From positions 32,001-96,000 of the IMG/VR virus record IMGVR_UViG_3300018080_000009: DNA of 64,000 nt, one strand, 5' to 3'. This DNA comes from a virus. The translations under genes and the position numbers were made by a program. This document shows, piece after piece, positions 38,344 to 47,833 of the stretch (position 1 is its first letter; the number at the start of each line of letters is the position of its first letter). The notes beneath the pieces are model-generated. The model ran no database searches. It worked only from the letters and a program-made list of their open reading frames with translations, and was not told the DNA's origin.

Positions 38344-39105
38344 ATGGGAAAAAAGAATCTGTATGTGGAGTTGAGGGAGTTGGAGGAGGAACGTTGGAGA
38401 CATGTACTGGCTATGGGATATTTTGTTTCTTCGAATGGATATGATGCTTCAAAATTATGGGAAATAGATTCGAGCAAAAATATAATCAATGAGATTCTGA
38501 TGGAGAGAAGCGATTTTGTTTTAGACCAGTTGTCCAAAAAGATTCAAATTATCAGAGATGCTTTGGTGGTAAAGAATCAAGGTCTTGTATATAGAATAGT
38601 CAAGCATAGGGTTAAGAGATCAGTGGGAATATTGGATTTAGAGGATTTTCAGATTTATGGTACTCTAGGTCTTATGGTGGCTCTGGATAGATTTGATGTG
38701 AATAGGAAACTTCAGTTCAGTACTTATGCTTCGTCTTGGATTGTAGCTTATGTTCTAAGAGCACTTGGAAAACATGGTTCAGCAGTCAGGAATCCATTGC
38801 GTAAAGGTGTTTTGGCCAAGGTCATTTCGATAGAAGAACGTGTCAATGATGTTCAGACTATTAAAGATACTTTGGTATTGGAAGAGAAAGAGGATACAAG
38901 TCATCATTCAGGTATAAGCGAAGATCAGGTACGAAAAGCAATGCTCAAGCTACCCAGCAGACATAAGAAAATATTGATGGAGAGATTCTATGAGGACAAG
39001 ACGTTGAAGCAAGTTGGAGAAGAGATGGATCTTAGTAGAGAGAGAATCCGACAGTTGCAAAATGATGCTTTAAATGAACTGAGATATGACTTGGGGGTGA
39101 ATTGA
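38344..39105 (+). CDS. Sigma70-family RNA polymerase sigma factor
   Basis: Region 2 NQGLV...GLMVALDRFD..R..QFSTYASSWI; region 4 TLKQVGEEMDLSRERIRQL. Confidence 0.9.
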   Translation: MGKKNLYVELRELEEERWRHVLAMGYFVSSNGYDASKLWEIDSSKNIINEILMERSDFVLDQLSKKIQIIRDALVVKNQGLVYRIVKHRVKRSVGILDLEDFQIYGTLGLMVALDRFDVNRKLQFSTYASSWIVAYVLRALGKHGSAVRNPLRKGVLAKVISIEERVNDVQTIKDTLVLEEKEDTSHHSGISEDQVRKAMLKLPSRHKKILMERFYEDKTLKQVGEEMDLSRERIRQLQNDALNELRYDLGVN

Positions 39106-39473
39106 TGATTATCGATGAGAAATTACGTGAGATTCAGGCTAAGGTTTTGGAAGAGTCTTTATGTACTGCTACTGAAGGAGAATCTTGGGAAACAGACTCA
39201 AGGAGTTTGGCTGAGGTAATAAAGGAGCTTGAGTCTCTGATGACTAGGAGGAGTAATCTAGAGAAATACTTACGCGAATATGTTAAGACCAATCCCAAGG
39301 GGTATTTCTTGTTAGAGCATTATGGATTTAATCCGTTTCCGTTAGAGATGCAGGAAATTAAATTAGAACCGTCTGAGTGGAAGAATTCATTGTTTCCGAT
39401 GTTTGTTCTTCCAGGTCCAATAGGAGTAGACGATGATAAAGAGAGAGAAGGGTGGATATGTAGTGTACTCTGA
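39102..39473 (+). CDS. Hypothetical protein
   Basis: Coupled ORF. Confidence 0.45.
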   Translation: MMIIDEKLREIQAKVLEESLCTATEGESWETDSRSLAEVIKELESLMTRRSNLEKYLREYVKTNPKGYFLLEHYGFNPFPLEMQEIKLEPSEWKNSLFPMFVLPGPIGVDDDKEREGWICSVL

Positions 39474-39570
39474 TGATGGCAAGAAGAAGTTATCGAAAGT
39501 GTACAAGAAAAAATCCGAAGCTGATAAGAGACTCAAGCAGATCGAATGGTTCAAAAACAAAGGTAAGTAG
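39433..39570 (+). CDS. 45-aa basic phage protein (not in ORF track)
   Basis: RBS AGGAG; MIKREKGGYVVYSDDGKKKLSKVYKKKSEADKRLKQIEWFKNKGK*. Confidence 0.55.
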   Translation: MIKREKGGYVVYSDDGKKKLSKVYKKKSEADKRLKQIEWFKNKGK

Positions 39571-39585
39571 TAGAAAGGATAGGCC

Positions 39586-40485
39586 ATGGCGCTTGCGGAC
39601 TTATTGAAGAAAGTCCATGGGCCAGATAAGTTGTCTCCGTCTCTAGATCTTTTCATTCATAGGAGAGATGCAGATTATAGAGAACCTGGATGGCATCCGT
39701 CTAGCTTTTGTGGAGTATGTGTACGTCGATTGGTTTTAGAAAGACTTTTGGGTAATGCAATTAAGTCAAAGAAAACAGATCCAAAAAAGCAACGTATTTT
39801 CGATGTAGGTAAGGCTCTGCATAGGTGGTATCAGGAGGAATACTTTGGGAAGATGGGAATTCTCTGGGGTATGTGGAAATGTTCAGTTTGTGGGTATGTT
39901 TCTTGGGGGTTTCAGCCAAAGGAATCGTGTGATTGTGTAAAGCGCATATCTCAGATGTCTAAGTTTCCACCGATGAAAATGGTATGGGAATATAAGGAAG
40001 TGCCTGTTAGAGGAAACTTGCCCGGGTTTGAAGAGAGGGTAGTGGGTCATGGTGATGGTTTAGTTTTTCTGAAGAATAAATGGTATCTATTGGAATTGAA
40101 GACAATTAACTCATGGGGATTCGGTAAGCTTCAAGGTCCTATGCACAGTCATTTTCTTCAGTCTCAGATATATGGTGAATTGATAACACAAGGCATGGTT
40201 CCAGTACCGGTAGGAATTACGATTCCGAGGCCGAGTGGTATTATTGTCTTTTATATCGACAAGAATACTTCCAGTGAGAAAGAATACCTTGTTGAATTGG
40301 ATTCTAAGATAGGTATTCAGGAACTTTCCCGACCTTTGAGAGTAGAGCAGGCTATGGCTAGCAGATTGTTTCCAGAAAGAGAAGAAGCATGTGTAAATGC
40401 TTTGAAAAATCCAGCCAAGTCATGTCCAGTTGGTTCATACTGTTTTGGGTCTAAGACTTGGGATGAATTAGAACACGTAGTATAG
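39586..40485 (+). CDS. Cas4-like PD-(D/E)xK exonuclease (solo phage type)
   Basis: HPSSFCGVC, GKALH, GHGDG, LELKT, QSQIY, C-terminal Cys cluster. Confidence 0.75.
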   Translation: MALADLLKKVHGPDKLSPSLDLFIHRRDADYREPGWHPSSFCGVCVRRLVLERLLGNAIKSKKTDPKKQRIFDVGKALHRWYQEEYFGKMGILWGMWKCSVCGYVSWGFQPKESCDCVKRISQMSKFPPMKMVWEYKEVPVRGNLPGFEERVVGHGDGLVFLKNKWYLLELKTINSWGFGKLQGPMHSHFLQSQIYGELITQGMVPVPVGITIPRPSGIIVFYIDKNTSSEKEYLVELDSKIGIQELSRPLRVEQAMASRLFPEREEACVNALKNPAKSCPVGSYCFGSKTWDELEHVV

Positions 40486-40689
40486 GAGGAGAAAATGCAT
40501 AGTGATCCTATCACTTTGAACGAGAAATTGAGTAAAATGGGATATACTCACAAACGAGCTGAGAACCACAATAAAACGGGTAAGCATGACATCCTGGATA
40601 AGGATGAGAAGATTTTGTTCACCGGTACAGCCTCCCAAGTTTGGGAATGGTTGAAGGGGTTAGAGATTAAGAAGAAACAGGAGTAAGAC

Positions 40690-41196
40690 ATGTCAGAATC
40701 GGTTGTGAAGGATTCGAAGACTCTGAAGAGAGCTCGTACAAAAATGAAGGAATTGGGGATTCCTTTGCCCGAGAAGGGCGATCCAAAAGCACATGTTTCA
40801 TGGCCAGGGAATGTCGGGGACTTGAGTTCTGAAGAAATTGCTCAGCATATGACTTGGTGGACTGCATGGTCGGGATTTGTTCGATATGAGTTGGCTGAGG
40901 TTGAGACAAACGTTGCTGCCCTAACTGCTGAGTTAGAGTTGGTCAAAGGTGAAGCCATGCATAAGTCTGAAGGAGATTACAAAACAGTTACTGAGTTGAA
41001 GGCTGCTGTAGCACAGATGTCTTCGGTCCAGACTGCTGAGGCTATGGTATTAGAAGCTTCGGCCACGAAGAGGATGCTGAAGGCATTGTTGGTAGGGTAC
41101 GAGGAGAAATATCAGACGATCTCCAGAGAAGTATCCAGGAGGCAGGGAGACAGGGAAGAAGCGAATTCTGGCAACAGCAGAAGGTTTCAAAGATGA
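40690..41196 (+). CDS. Helical protein, possible recombination mediator
   Basis: Coiled coil between exonuclease and resolvase. Confidence 0.35.
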   Translation: MSESVVKDSKTLKRARTKMKELGIPLPEKGDPKAHVSWPGNVGDLSSEEIAQHMTWWTAWSGFVRYELAEVETNVAALTAELELVKGEAMHKSEGDYKTVTELKAAVAQMSSVQTAEAMVLEASATKRMLKALLVGYEEKYQTISREVSRRQGDREEANSGNSRRFQR

Positions 41197-41630
41197 AGTA
41201 TTATCTAGGAATAGATCCAGGATATTCTGGGGCAATGGCAATAGTCAATGAAGAGGGTATAGCTACTGCTTCAATTAAGCTCTCGGAAACTGAGACGGAT
41301 CTGTATGATTGGTTGAAGTATAGGATTAAGGAACATGGCATTCGGTTTGCTTACCTTGAAAAAGTTCATTCAATGCCACGTCAGGGAGTATCTTCAAGCT
41401 TCAAGTTTGGCAAGTCTTTTGGATTTTGTATCGGTCTGATTACTGCCATGTGTGTTTCTTGGGATTTTGTATCTCCTCAGAAATGGCAGAAAGAATTGGG
41501 ATGCCTGACTAAAGGAGATAAGAACGTGACCAAGAAATTAGCCCAGAGATTGTGGCCAGATATGAAAATAACTCATGCCATTGCAGATGCTTTGTTAATA
41601 GCCGAATATACAAGACGAACAAGAGCTTGA
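41193..41630 (+). CDS. RuvC-like Holliday junction resolvase
   Basis: LGIDPG, YLEKV, SSFKFG, VSPQKWQK, ADALLIA. Confidence 0.85.
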   Translation: MKYYLGIDPGYSGAMAIVNEEGIATASIKLSETETDLYDWLKYRIKEHGIRFAYLEKVHSMPRQGVSSSFKFGKSFGFCIGLITAMCVSWDFVSPQKWQKELGCLTKGDKNVTKKLAQRLWPDMKITHAIADALLIAEYTRRTRA

Positions 41631-41703
41631 TTAGTTTCGGTTCCTGTTTTAGGATAGATCAGATACTAAGTAGACAGGGAATTGACACAGGAGGAGCTAA
41701 AAC

Positions 41704-41985
41704 ATGGACCAACAACAAGAGAAATTTATTTCTTTGAAGGTTGCCGGTAAGTCTGAAGCCGCTAAAGTAGCGGGATCAATCGTCAAGAATATGCAGGAAG
41801 GCAAGAGGGTAGAGCTTTTGGCTATGGGAGCTGGTGCAGTGAATCAAGCTGTAAAGGCGATTTGTATAGCCAGGGGTATGGTAGGATCTCACGGGTGGAA
41901 TTTGTATACAATTCCGGGATTCAAAGACGAGGTAGTGAAGGGGATTTCCAAGACAGCTATCCGATTCAGTATTGTAAAGGAATAG
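41704..41985 (+). CDS. spoVS: SpoVS-family (Alba-like) protein
   Basis: LKVAGKS...VAGSI...AMGAGAVNQAVKAICIARG...PGF. Confidence 0.9.
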   Translation: MDQQQEKFISLKVAGKSEAAKVAGSIVKNMQEGKRVELLAMGAGAVNQAVKAICIARGMVGSHGWNLYTIPGFKDEVVKGISKTAIRFSIVKE

Positions 41986-41987
41986 TC

Positions 41988-42440
41988 ATGGGGAAGTGGA
42001 GAGTAACAAAGCGTATCGAATTTGATGCTGCACACAGGCTTTGTAATTATGTAGGAAAATGTTCAAATGTTCATGGACACCGGTATGCAGCAGAATTCAC
42101 TTTTTCTAGTGATAGGTTAACTGATCAGGGTTTTGTCGTAGATTTTGGTGACATCAAGAGATTGATTGGTAATTGGATCGATGAGTATTGGGATCATGCT
42201 TTGATACTTAAAGAAGGTGATGAGGCTGTGAATATATCTTTGTCAGATGCCAAAGTTTATTACATGGATAAGTCTAATCCTACGGCTGAAAATATGGCTG
42301 AATATCTGTGGAATAAAGCTTTCGAGCTTTTTGATAAGGAGAGCATAATCGACTATACGCGTGAGCATGAGTATAGAATTCGGTTAGAGAAGGTTCGGGT
42401 ATATGAGACTCCTACGAGTTGGGCGGAGTATATGAGATGA
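41988..42440 (+). CDS. queD: 6-carboxytetrahydropterin synthase
   Basis: FDAAHRL..Y.GKCSNVHGH, VDFG, WDH, PTAEN, ETP. Confidence 0.92.
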   Translation: MGKWRVTKRIEFDAAHRLCNYVGKCSNVHGHRYAAEFTFSSDRLTDQGFVVDFGDIKRLIGNWIDEYWDHALILKEGDEAVNISLSDAKVYYMDKSNPTAENMAEYLWNKAFELFDKESIIDYTREHEYRIRLEKVRVYETPTSWAEYMR

Positions 42441-43138
42441 AGACATATAACGTAAGTGAGATATTTCTGTCCATTCAGGGTGAAGGTAGATCCGTAGGGT
42501 CTCCCGCAGTATTTGTTCGATTAGCTGGTTGCAACAGAAAATGTGAATTTTGCGATACTGATCATATGGTTCAGGAAGAAATGTCTTCAATGACTATCCG
42601 AAGGCGTGTCAGAGAATTAATTGAAGATTGTGAAGACATGTTGATAGTTCTGACTGGTGGAGAACCTCTGATGCAGATGGATCAGGAATTGCTGCATTAT
42701 TTGTCAGGCATGGGCAAGGTATGTCTTGAGACAAATGGCGAGCTATGTGAAAATTTTTCAAAAAGGTTTGATGCCAAGTTTTATGACATTGTATTAAGCC
42801 CTAAGTCTCAGAAGATAGATTCAGAATTTTTGCAAATGGTGGATACATTTAAGTTACTTGTCCCGTATCCGAAGGAGTTGGATGAGGAGAAGGTCAGAGC
42901 CATGATTACGATGGCTCAAAGGGGTGGTCCCAAAGAATTAATACTCCAGCCTCAAACGCATCCAGGATTGTTTCAGCTGGACGATACGAGGTCTATTCGT
43001 CTAGTAGGTGGAGATGTCTTGGTTAAGTGGAGAATGAACTGTGAAAAGGCACTGAAGCTGTCTCTCAGGTGGAGACGACAGTACAATGAAAATTGGAGAG
43101 TAATACCTCAAACACATCGATTCATGGAAATGAGATAA
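42437..43138 (+). CDS. queE: 7-carboxy-7-deazaguanine synthase (radical SAM)
   Basis: EIFLSIQGEG, FVRLAGCNRKCEFCDT, LTGGEP, ETNG, SPK, QTH. Confidence 0.92.
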   Translation: MKTYNVSEIFLSIQGEGRSVGSPAVFVRLAGCNRKCEFCDTDHMVQEEMSSMTIRRRVRELIEDCEDMLIVLTGGEPLMQMDQELLHYLSGMGKVCLETNGELCENFSKRFDAKFYDIVLSPKSQKIDSEFLQMVDTFKLLVPYPKELDEEKVRAMITMAQRGGPKELILQPQTHPGLFQLDDTRSIRLVGGDVLVKWRMNCEKALKLSLRWRRQYNENWRVIPQTHRFMEMR

Positions 43139-43147
43139 GGAGAAGTC

Positions 43148-43534
43148 ATGACAGATGAGAAGATCATGGTAGATACGTATAGAGAAGGAGATGAGGAACC
43201 GACTCAAGCTCAAGAACCTAAGCTAACAGACGTTTCAGAAGAGGAGCAACAGGAAGAAGAGATTCCTTTGTCGGCAGTATTACTTCTCAAGTACAAGGAT
43301 CGGGTAGAAATAGCCCCAAAAGGATTGGGAATCGAAGTAGATCATGAGGCATCTGCACGGGAGATCCGTGACATAGTTCATTCAGTGTACTGTGATTTCG
43401 ATACCATGATTAAGGGCAAGGAAGCAGCTAAGGCTATGGCAACGACTCTTGTCCAGGCTTCGAGGGTTATTCAGCCTCCGAAAATGGCTATGACTAACTT
43501 GATGAAAGGTATGCCAGGAGGGAGACCAAGATGA
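43148..43534 (+). CDS. Hypothetical protein within que cluster
   Basis: RBS AAGGAG. Confidence 0.5.
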   Translation: MTDEKIMVDTYREGDEEPTQAQEPKLTDVSEEEQQEEEIPLSAVLLLKYKDRVEIAPKGLGIEVDHEASAREIRDIVHSVYCDFDTMIKGKEAAKAMATTLVQASRVIQPPKMAMTNLMKGMPGGRPR

Positions 43535-44091
43535 ATGAAGCCAAGCCACTGGTTGAGCTTTCGAAAGCCGTTGATATGATTCTGGAATCTGTTGGTGAGA
43601 ATACGGTTAGAGAGGGTTTAAGAGAAACTCCAGCTCGAGTAGCAAACATGTATCTGGATTTGACCAGGGGATTGAGAGATCCAGCTCCAGAAATGACTAC
43701 CTTTGATAAAGGGGATAACGATCAGATGGTGACCATTATGGGCATAGATTATTGGTCTATGTGTGAGCATCATTTGATTCCTTTTTATGGACAGGTTCAT
43801 ATTGGGTATTTGCCTAACGATAGAATAGCTGGATTGTCTAAGTTTGCCAGAATAACAGATTGGTATGCAAAAAGACCACAGATTCAGGAACAGATGACGG
43901 CCCAGATTGCTGGACATCTGATGAGACAATTAGAACCCAAGGGTGTGATAGTGGTAGTAGAGGGTACGCATTTGTGTATGGCAATGCGTGGGGTTAGGAA
44001 GCCCAATCATGTTACGATGACTTCAGCTATCCGAGGAAACATACCTAAGTCTGAGTTTCTTGATCTGCTCAAGATTCATAAAGGTAAATAA
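43531..44091 (+). CDS. folE: GTP cyclohydrolase I
   Basis: REGLRETPARV, SMCEHHLIPF, GLSK, RPQIQE, HLCMAMRG. Confidence 0.95.
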   Translation: MNEAKPLVELSKAVDMILESVGENTVREGLRETPARVANMYLDLTRGLRDPAPEMTTFDKGDNDQMVTIMGIDYWSMCEHHLIPFYGQVHIGYLPNDRIAGLSKFARITDWYAKRPQIQEQMTAQIAGHLMRQLEPKGVIVVVEGTHLCMAMRGVRKPNHVTMTSAIRGNIPKSEFLDLLKIHKGK

Positions 44092-44492
44092 TGCGTGATT
44101 GGGGAGGCAAGAAGCCGATAGCTGTCGTAGATATCGATGGAGTATTGGCTACAGGCACAGTGGAAGATGTTTATTCAGAAGATGCTGGATGGGCATTTGG
44201 TAAATGTAGTCCAATTTTTGAAGGGATCGAAATCTTGAATAGGCTTCGTGAGCAAGATGTGAAAATAGTGCTTCATACGGCCAGATGGGAAGATGACAGA
44301 GCAGTTACCGAGCATTGGTTGAGTTCACATGAAGTAGCTTATGATGAGTTGATAATGGGCAAGCCTAGTGCAGACATCTATATTGATGACAAGAACTTTC
44401 CAGTTCCTTTCATTCCGGAGGATTGGGATTTAGATCGGGCCATTAATTACATTTTAGATGAAATCGAAAGCAATCGTGGGAAGAGAACATAA
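44091..44492 (+). CDS. HAD-superfamily phosphatase
   Basis: DIDGVL, HTAR, MGKP, YIDDK. Confidence 0.85.
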   Translation: MRDWGGKKPIAVVDIDGVLATGTVEDVYSEDAGWAFGKCSPIFEGIEILNRLREQDVKIVLHTARWEDDRAVTEHWLSSHEVAYDELIMGKPSADIYIDDKNFPVPFIPEDWDLDRAINYILDEIESNRGKRT

Positions 44493-45637
44493 TGGAGAGA
44501 ACAGTTCCAGACGTTTCTAAGCAGGAAGGTAAGTTCGAGAAGAGGTGGTCTAAGAGTTTTGAGAAGATGCAAGTACTCAAGGCAGAATGGCTTATTACCA
44601 GAAAATGCGATTTGAAATGTTCTTACTGTAGGATTATAGATTCGTCTTCTTTGCATGGTAGGCCGGAATTGACTACTCAGCAATTGATCGATGTAGTCAA
44701 GATGTTTGCAGATCAATGGCCTGGGGCACCGCTGGTAGTTTATGGTGGAGAACCTTGTACTAGGGATGATTTGCCTGAGTTGATTAGTGCTGGTAGGGAG
44801 TATGGTGTAAAGCTTCCTGTCATTTCGAATTCTCTGAGGATTATGAGGGATGAAGATTTTCGTGAGAGGCTAGTACGTTCTGGCCTAGAAAATTGGTCTG
44901 TTTCGTTTGATGGAGCTTGGGAAGATCAAACTGTGGATAAGGCTTCGTTTTTGAAATCTGATAAGGGATTCAAGGCTCTTCAGATGTTCAGAGATAAGTA
45001 TGGTATTAGGGATTTGGTAGCATGTGTTACAGTGACAAATAGGAATATAGATAATCTTCCTCAGATTCTTCAGTATCTGACGAGGGAAGGTATTCATGCC
45101 ATATTTACTCCCTTACATATTGGGGGCCCAGAGTATGAATATGGTCAAGGAAATCCAGATGACTTGCCTTCTCAGAAACAATTAGATGAAGTGTCTCCAC
45201 AACTTTATTCGATGGTGAAGTCGGGTAGGTATCTTTGTTCTAATGATGCAGCGTGGTTTAATGTGTAGCCAGAGCATTTTCGGAAACAAGATTGGATGTG
45301 TAATGATAAAGGTCTGGTGACCATAGATGCCGATGGTTCGTTGAAGTATTGTGTAGACATTGCATTTAGGGAAGAGGATACGATGTTTGTCTGGGAGCTT
45401 TCTACGGAAGAAGGTCAGAGAAAGTTTCTGAAGACCATTCAAAAAGGTCCTGTGTGTAAAGGGTGTTTGTGGAATCCAGCTTACGAATGTATTAAGAGAG
45501 CAAGGGATCCTGAAATAGGTATCGATGAAGGGAGAAAGCGTTCACGACATTACGTTGATGAAAAGAGGATAGATATTTTATATGGGGGTGCTGGTAAGTA
45601 TTTCAAAGGTAATCCTGAGTTGAAAGTATGTAGATGA
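44492..45637 (+). pseudogene. Radical SAM protein with SPASM/Twitch-like tail, interrupted by in-frame TAG at 45266-45268
   Basis: CDLKCSYC, GGEP, SFDG; same frame continues PEHFRKQDWMC...IDADGSLKYC...CKGCLWNP. Confidence 0.7.
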
Positions 45638-45855
45638 GTGAGAAGGACGATAAAAAAGTTTTTAATCTAGTTAAAGGTGGTGGAAAACCAAATAAGCTCA
45701 AAAAGCTTCTGGAGGATTTCAAGGAAAATTTACCTATCTTGATTGAATATTCAGAACCGAATGCAAAATTATGTATGGCTAGGTATAAAGCTTTCTTGGC
45801 CGAAGGATTTGATTCTGTCCAAGCACTGTCCTTAACCATGAAAATGTTAGAGTAG
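45634..45855 (+). CDS. Small hypothetical protein
   Basis: ATGA-coupled ORF. Confidence 0.5.
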   Translation: MSEKDDKKVFNLVKGGGKPNKLKKLLEDFKENLPILIEYSEPNAKLCMARYKAFLAEGFDSVQALSLTMKMLE

Positions 45856-45868
45856 TTTAGGAGAGATT

Positions 45869-46708
45869 ATGCCCAAGAAAAAGACATTGTCGTCTGTCGT
45901 TGTTGAGGAGCCAGGCATTACAGTTGCGATTCCAACGATAGGTAGGGTAGAAACGCTTCCTGCTGTAATAACGTCGGTGTGTTTCCAGACGTATTCTGTC
46001 GGTGAAATAATCATTCTTGATGAAGCTAAGACTCCAATTATGGAATCGTATGCAGTGAATCAAGCGTTAGACGTATTGTCTATCAGGAATGGTGTAGAGA
46101 TAAAGGTCATTCGAAGTCGTAGAAGGGGAGGTATTGGTGCAGCTAGATTGAAGTTGGCTGAAGAAGCTTTGAATGATCGTATTATGATGATTGATGATGA
46201 TGTGGTTTTGAATCCGGCATGTATAGAACATTTGTATAATGCACTTCAGGATTATGAGGTTCCGTGGGCAGTACCGACCTGTTTCTTAGTACCGGCTAAT
46301 TTAGAGTTGGATGGATACATAGATACTTTGGTTGATGCTGAAGATCCGAAGGTGGTATCATGGACAGAAAAGTATCCGTGGTTTGTTCCGTATTTTCGAT
46401 ATTTGGGATCCATAGAGAGGAAGATACCTGTAGCTGGTACGCAAAGCATTATGCTTTCTAAAAGAGAATTGCTTTCTAAAGCTGGGGATATGTGGAAGCT
46501 AGGCAATCTTCCGAGAGAAGATACCTATATGACTAAGAAGATGGGTCCAGGCATGTTTATTTCGAGAGCAGAATGTCTACATTATGAACACCCTTCTCAA
46601 TTGGATAGAGGAAATTGGGGTAAGTCTACGTTTTATCGTCTACATGAAGCTATAATGACAGATCCAGATGGGTTTCTGTCCATGATGAAGAAGAATGGTG
46701 TAGATTAG
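45869..46708 (+). CDS. Glycosyltransferase family 2 (GT-A)
   Basis: ITVAIPTIGR, EIIILD, GIGAAR, MIDDDVV, RED. Confidence 0.8.
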   Translation: MPKKKTLSSVVVEEPGITVAIPTIGRVETLPAVITSVCFQTYSVGEIIILDEAKTPIMESYAVNQALDVLSIRNGVEIKVIRSRRRGGIGAARLKLAEEALNDRIMMIDDDVVLNPACIEHLYNALQDYEVPWAVPTCFLVPANLELDGYIDTLVDAEDPKVVSWTEKYPWFVPYFRYLGSIERKIPVAGTQSIMLSKRELLSKAGDMWKLGNLPREDTYMTKKMGPGMFISRAECLHYEHPSQLDRGNWGKSTFYRLHEAIMTDPDGFLSMMKKNGVD

Positions 46709-46717
46709 GAGAGATTC

Positions 46718-47833
46718 ATGAAGGTAGCCCTGATAGCAGATGAGTATCGTACTTCTTATAGTAGGTTTGAAGACTATTATTTGAATTATTCTGCTATGGG
46801 CTATGTTGAAGGACTAAGCAGAGCTCTAGTTGAAGCAGGCCATGAGGTATTGGTCATAGCCCATAAGCCAGAATCTGAGTTTAATAATGGTAGATTTACT
46901 GCCTTGGGATTAGGGATGCAGTCTGATATTGAATTCTCTCAGTCAGTGCATCATATTTTGTGTGAGAAGCCTGTCGATGTTGTTGAGGCTCCGTCTTTCA
47001 AGTATCCCCTGTTGATTGAGCAGCTTGTTGGAGGGACTCCCACGGTAGTACGTGTTGACATTGGTACAATGGATTTGGTTGAGAAGGGTAGATGGGCTGA
47101 TGATGTAAAATATGCTTCAAGGCATAAGTCCTGGTCTAGGCATCTACTTGAATTGAAAACAGTGTCTATGGCTTCTGGAATCATAGCTCCGAAGTCGGTC
47201 CATAGAAGCAGGGCATCTTTGATTACAGATGCTCCGATTTCTGGGATTTCAAATGGGGTAGATATTCTGATAGACAGGGAAGATCTGTTTGAGAATAGAG
47301 AAGGTTTTATTATTCCAGTGTTAGATGTTTCTAGGGAGATGTCTGCTTTAGTCAAAGGGATCTGTTCAGTACTCCAGGGTGAGAAAGTTACTTTGGTAGG
47401 GCATCCGAATATCGGCAGTTTGTTTGATGGGGCTTTTTTGAATACAGTTACTTTAGAGATGGATATAGGACTTCATTGTTGGACTAAGAGATTGCTTTCT
47501 TGTGAAGCTGTAATTCTCCCAGGCATGTTGTCGGAGTATACTCCTATGGTTATGGATGCAATGGTTCATGCATGTCCGACTATTTGTTTCAACTGTGGAC
47601 CAGATACAGCTTCTTGGCCTTTATATTTCATGGGTGAGCAAAATATTCTCTCGGTCAGGAATCTTCCGAAGATTTTGGATTTTATGCGTAAGGAAAAGAG
47701 GGAAGATCAGGTGAATAAGTTCTATGAATTTGCTGAGAAGCATTTGTGGAGTAAATTAATCCCTGAGTACGAGGAAATATATCTCGATGCTATGGCTTAT
47801 TCGGCTAATAGAGGACGTACACGAGGATGGTAG
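46718..47833 (+). CDS. Glycosyltransferase family 4-like (GT-B), divergent
   Basis: MKVALI...LSRALVEAGHEVLVI, ISNGVD, ILPG..E......DAM...CP, W...Y..IY. Confidence 0.7.
   Translation: MKVALIADEYRTSYSRFEDYYLNYSAMGYVEGLSRALVEAGHEVLVIAHKPESEFNNGRFTALGLGMQSDIEFSQSVHHILCEKPVDVVEAPSFKYPLLIEQLVGGTPTVVRVDIGTMDLVEKGRWADDVKYASRHKSWSRHLLELKTVSMASGIIAPKSVHRSRASLITDAPISGISNGVDILIDREDLFENREGFIIPVLDVSREMSALVKGICSVLQGEKVTLVGHPNIGSLFDGAFLNTVTLEMDIGLHCWTKRLLSCEAVILPGMLSEYTPMVMDAMVHACPTICFNCGPDTASWPLYFMGEQNILSVRNLPKILDFMRKEKREDQVNKFYEFAEKHLWSKLIPEYEEIYLDAMAYSANRGRTRGW

Noticed and set aside
39586-40485. Cas4 as part of a CRISPR adaptation module
   Set aside because: No cas1/cas2; it sits among recombination genes 15 kb from the RAMP locus, as solo phage Cas4-like exonucleases do.
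44492-45637. Genome-wide TAG recoding (code 15)
   Set aside because: Many genes end in TAG followed directly by an RBS or the next start, and long genes are intact in code 11; only one internal amber was seen.
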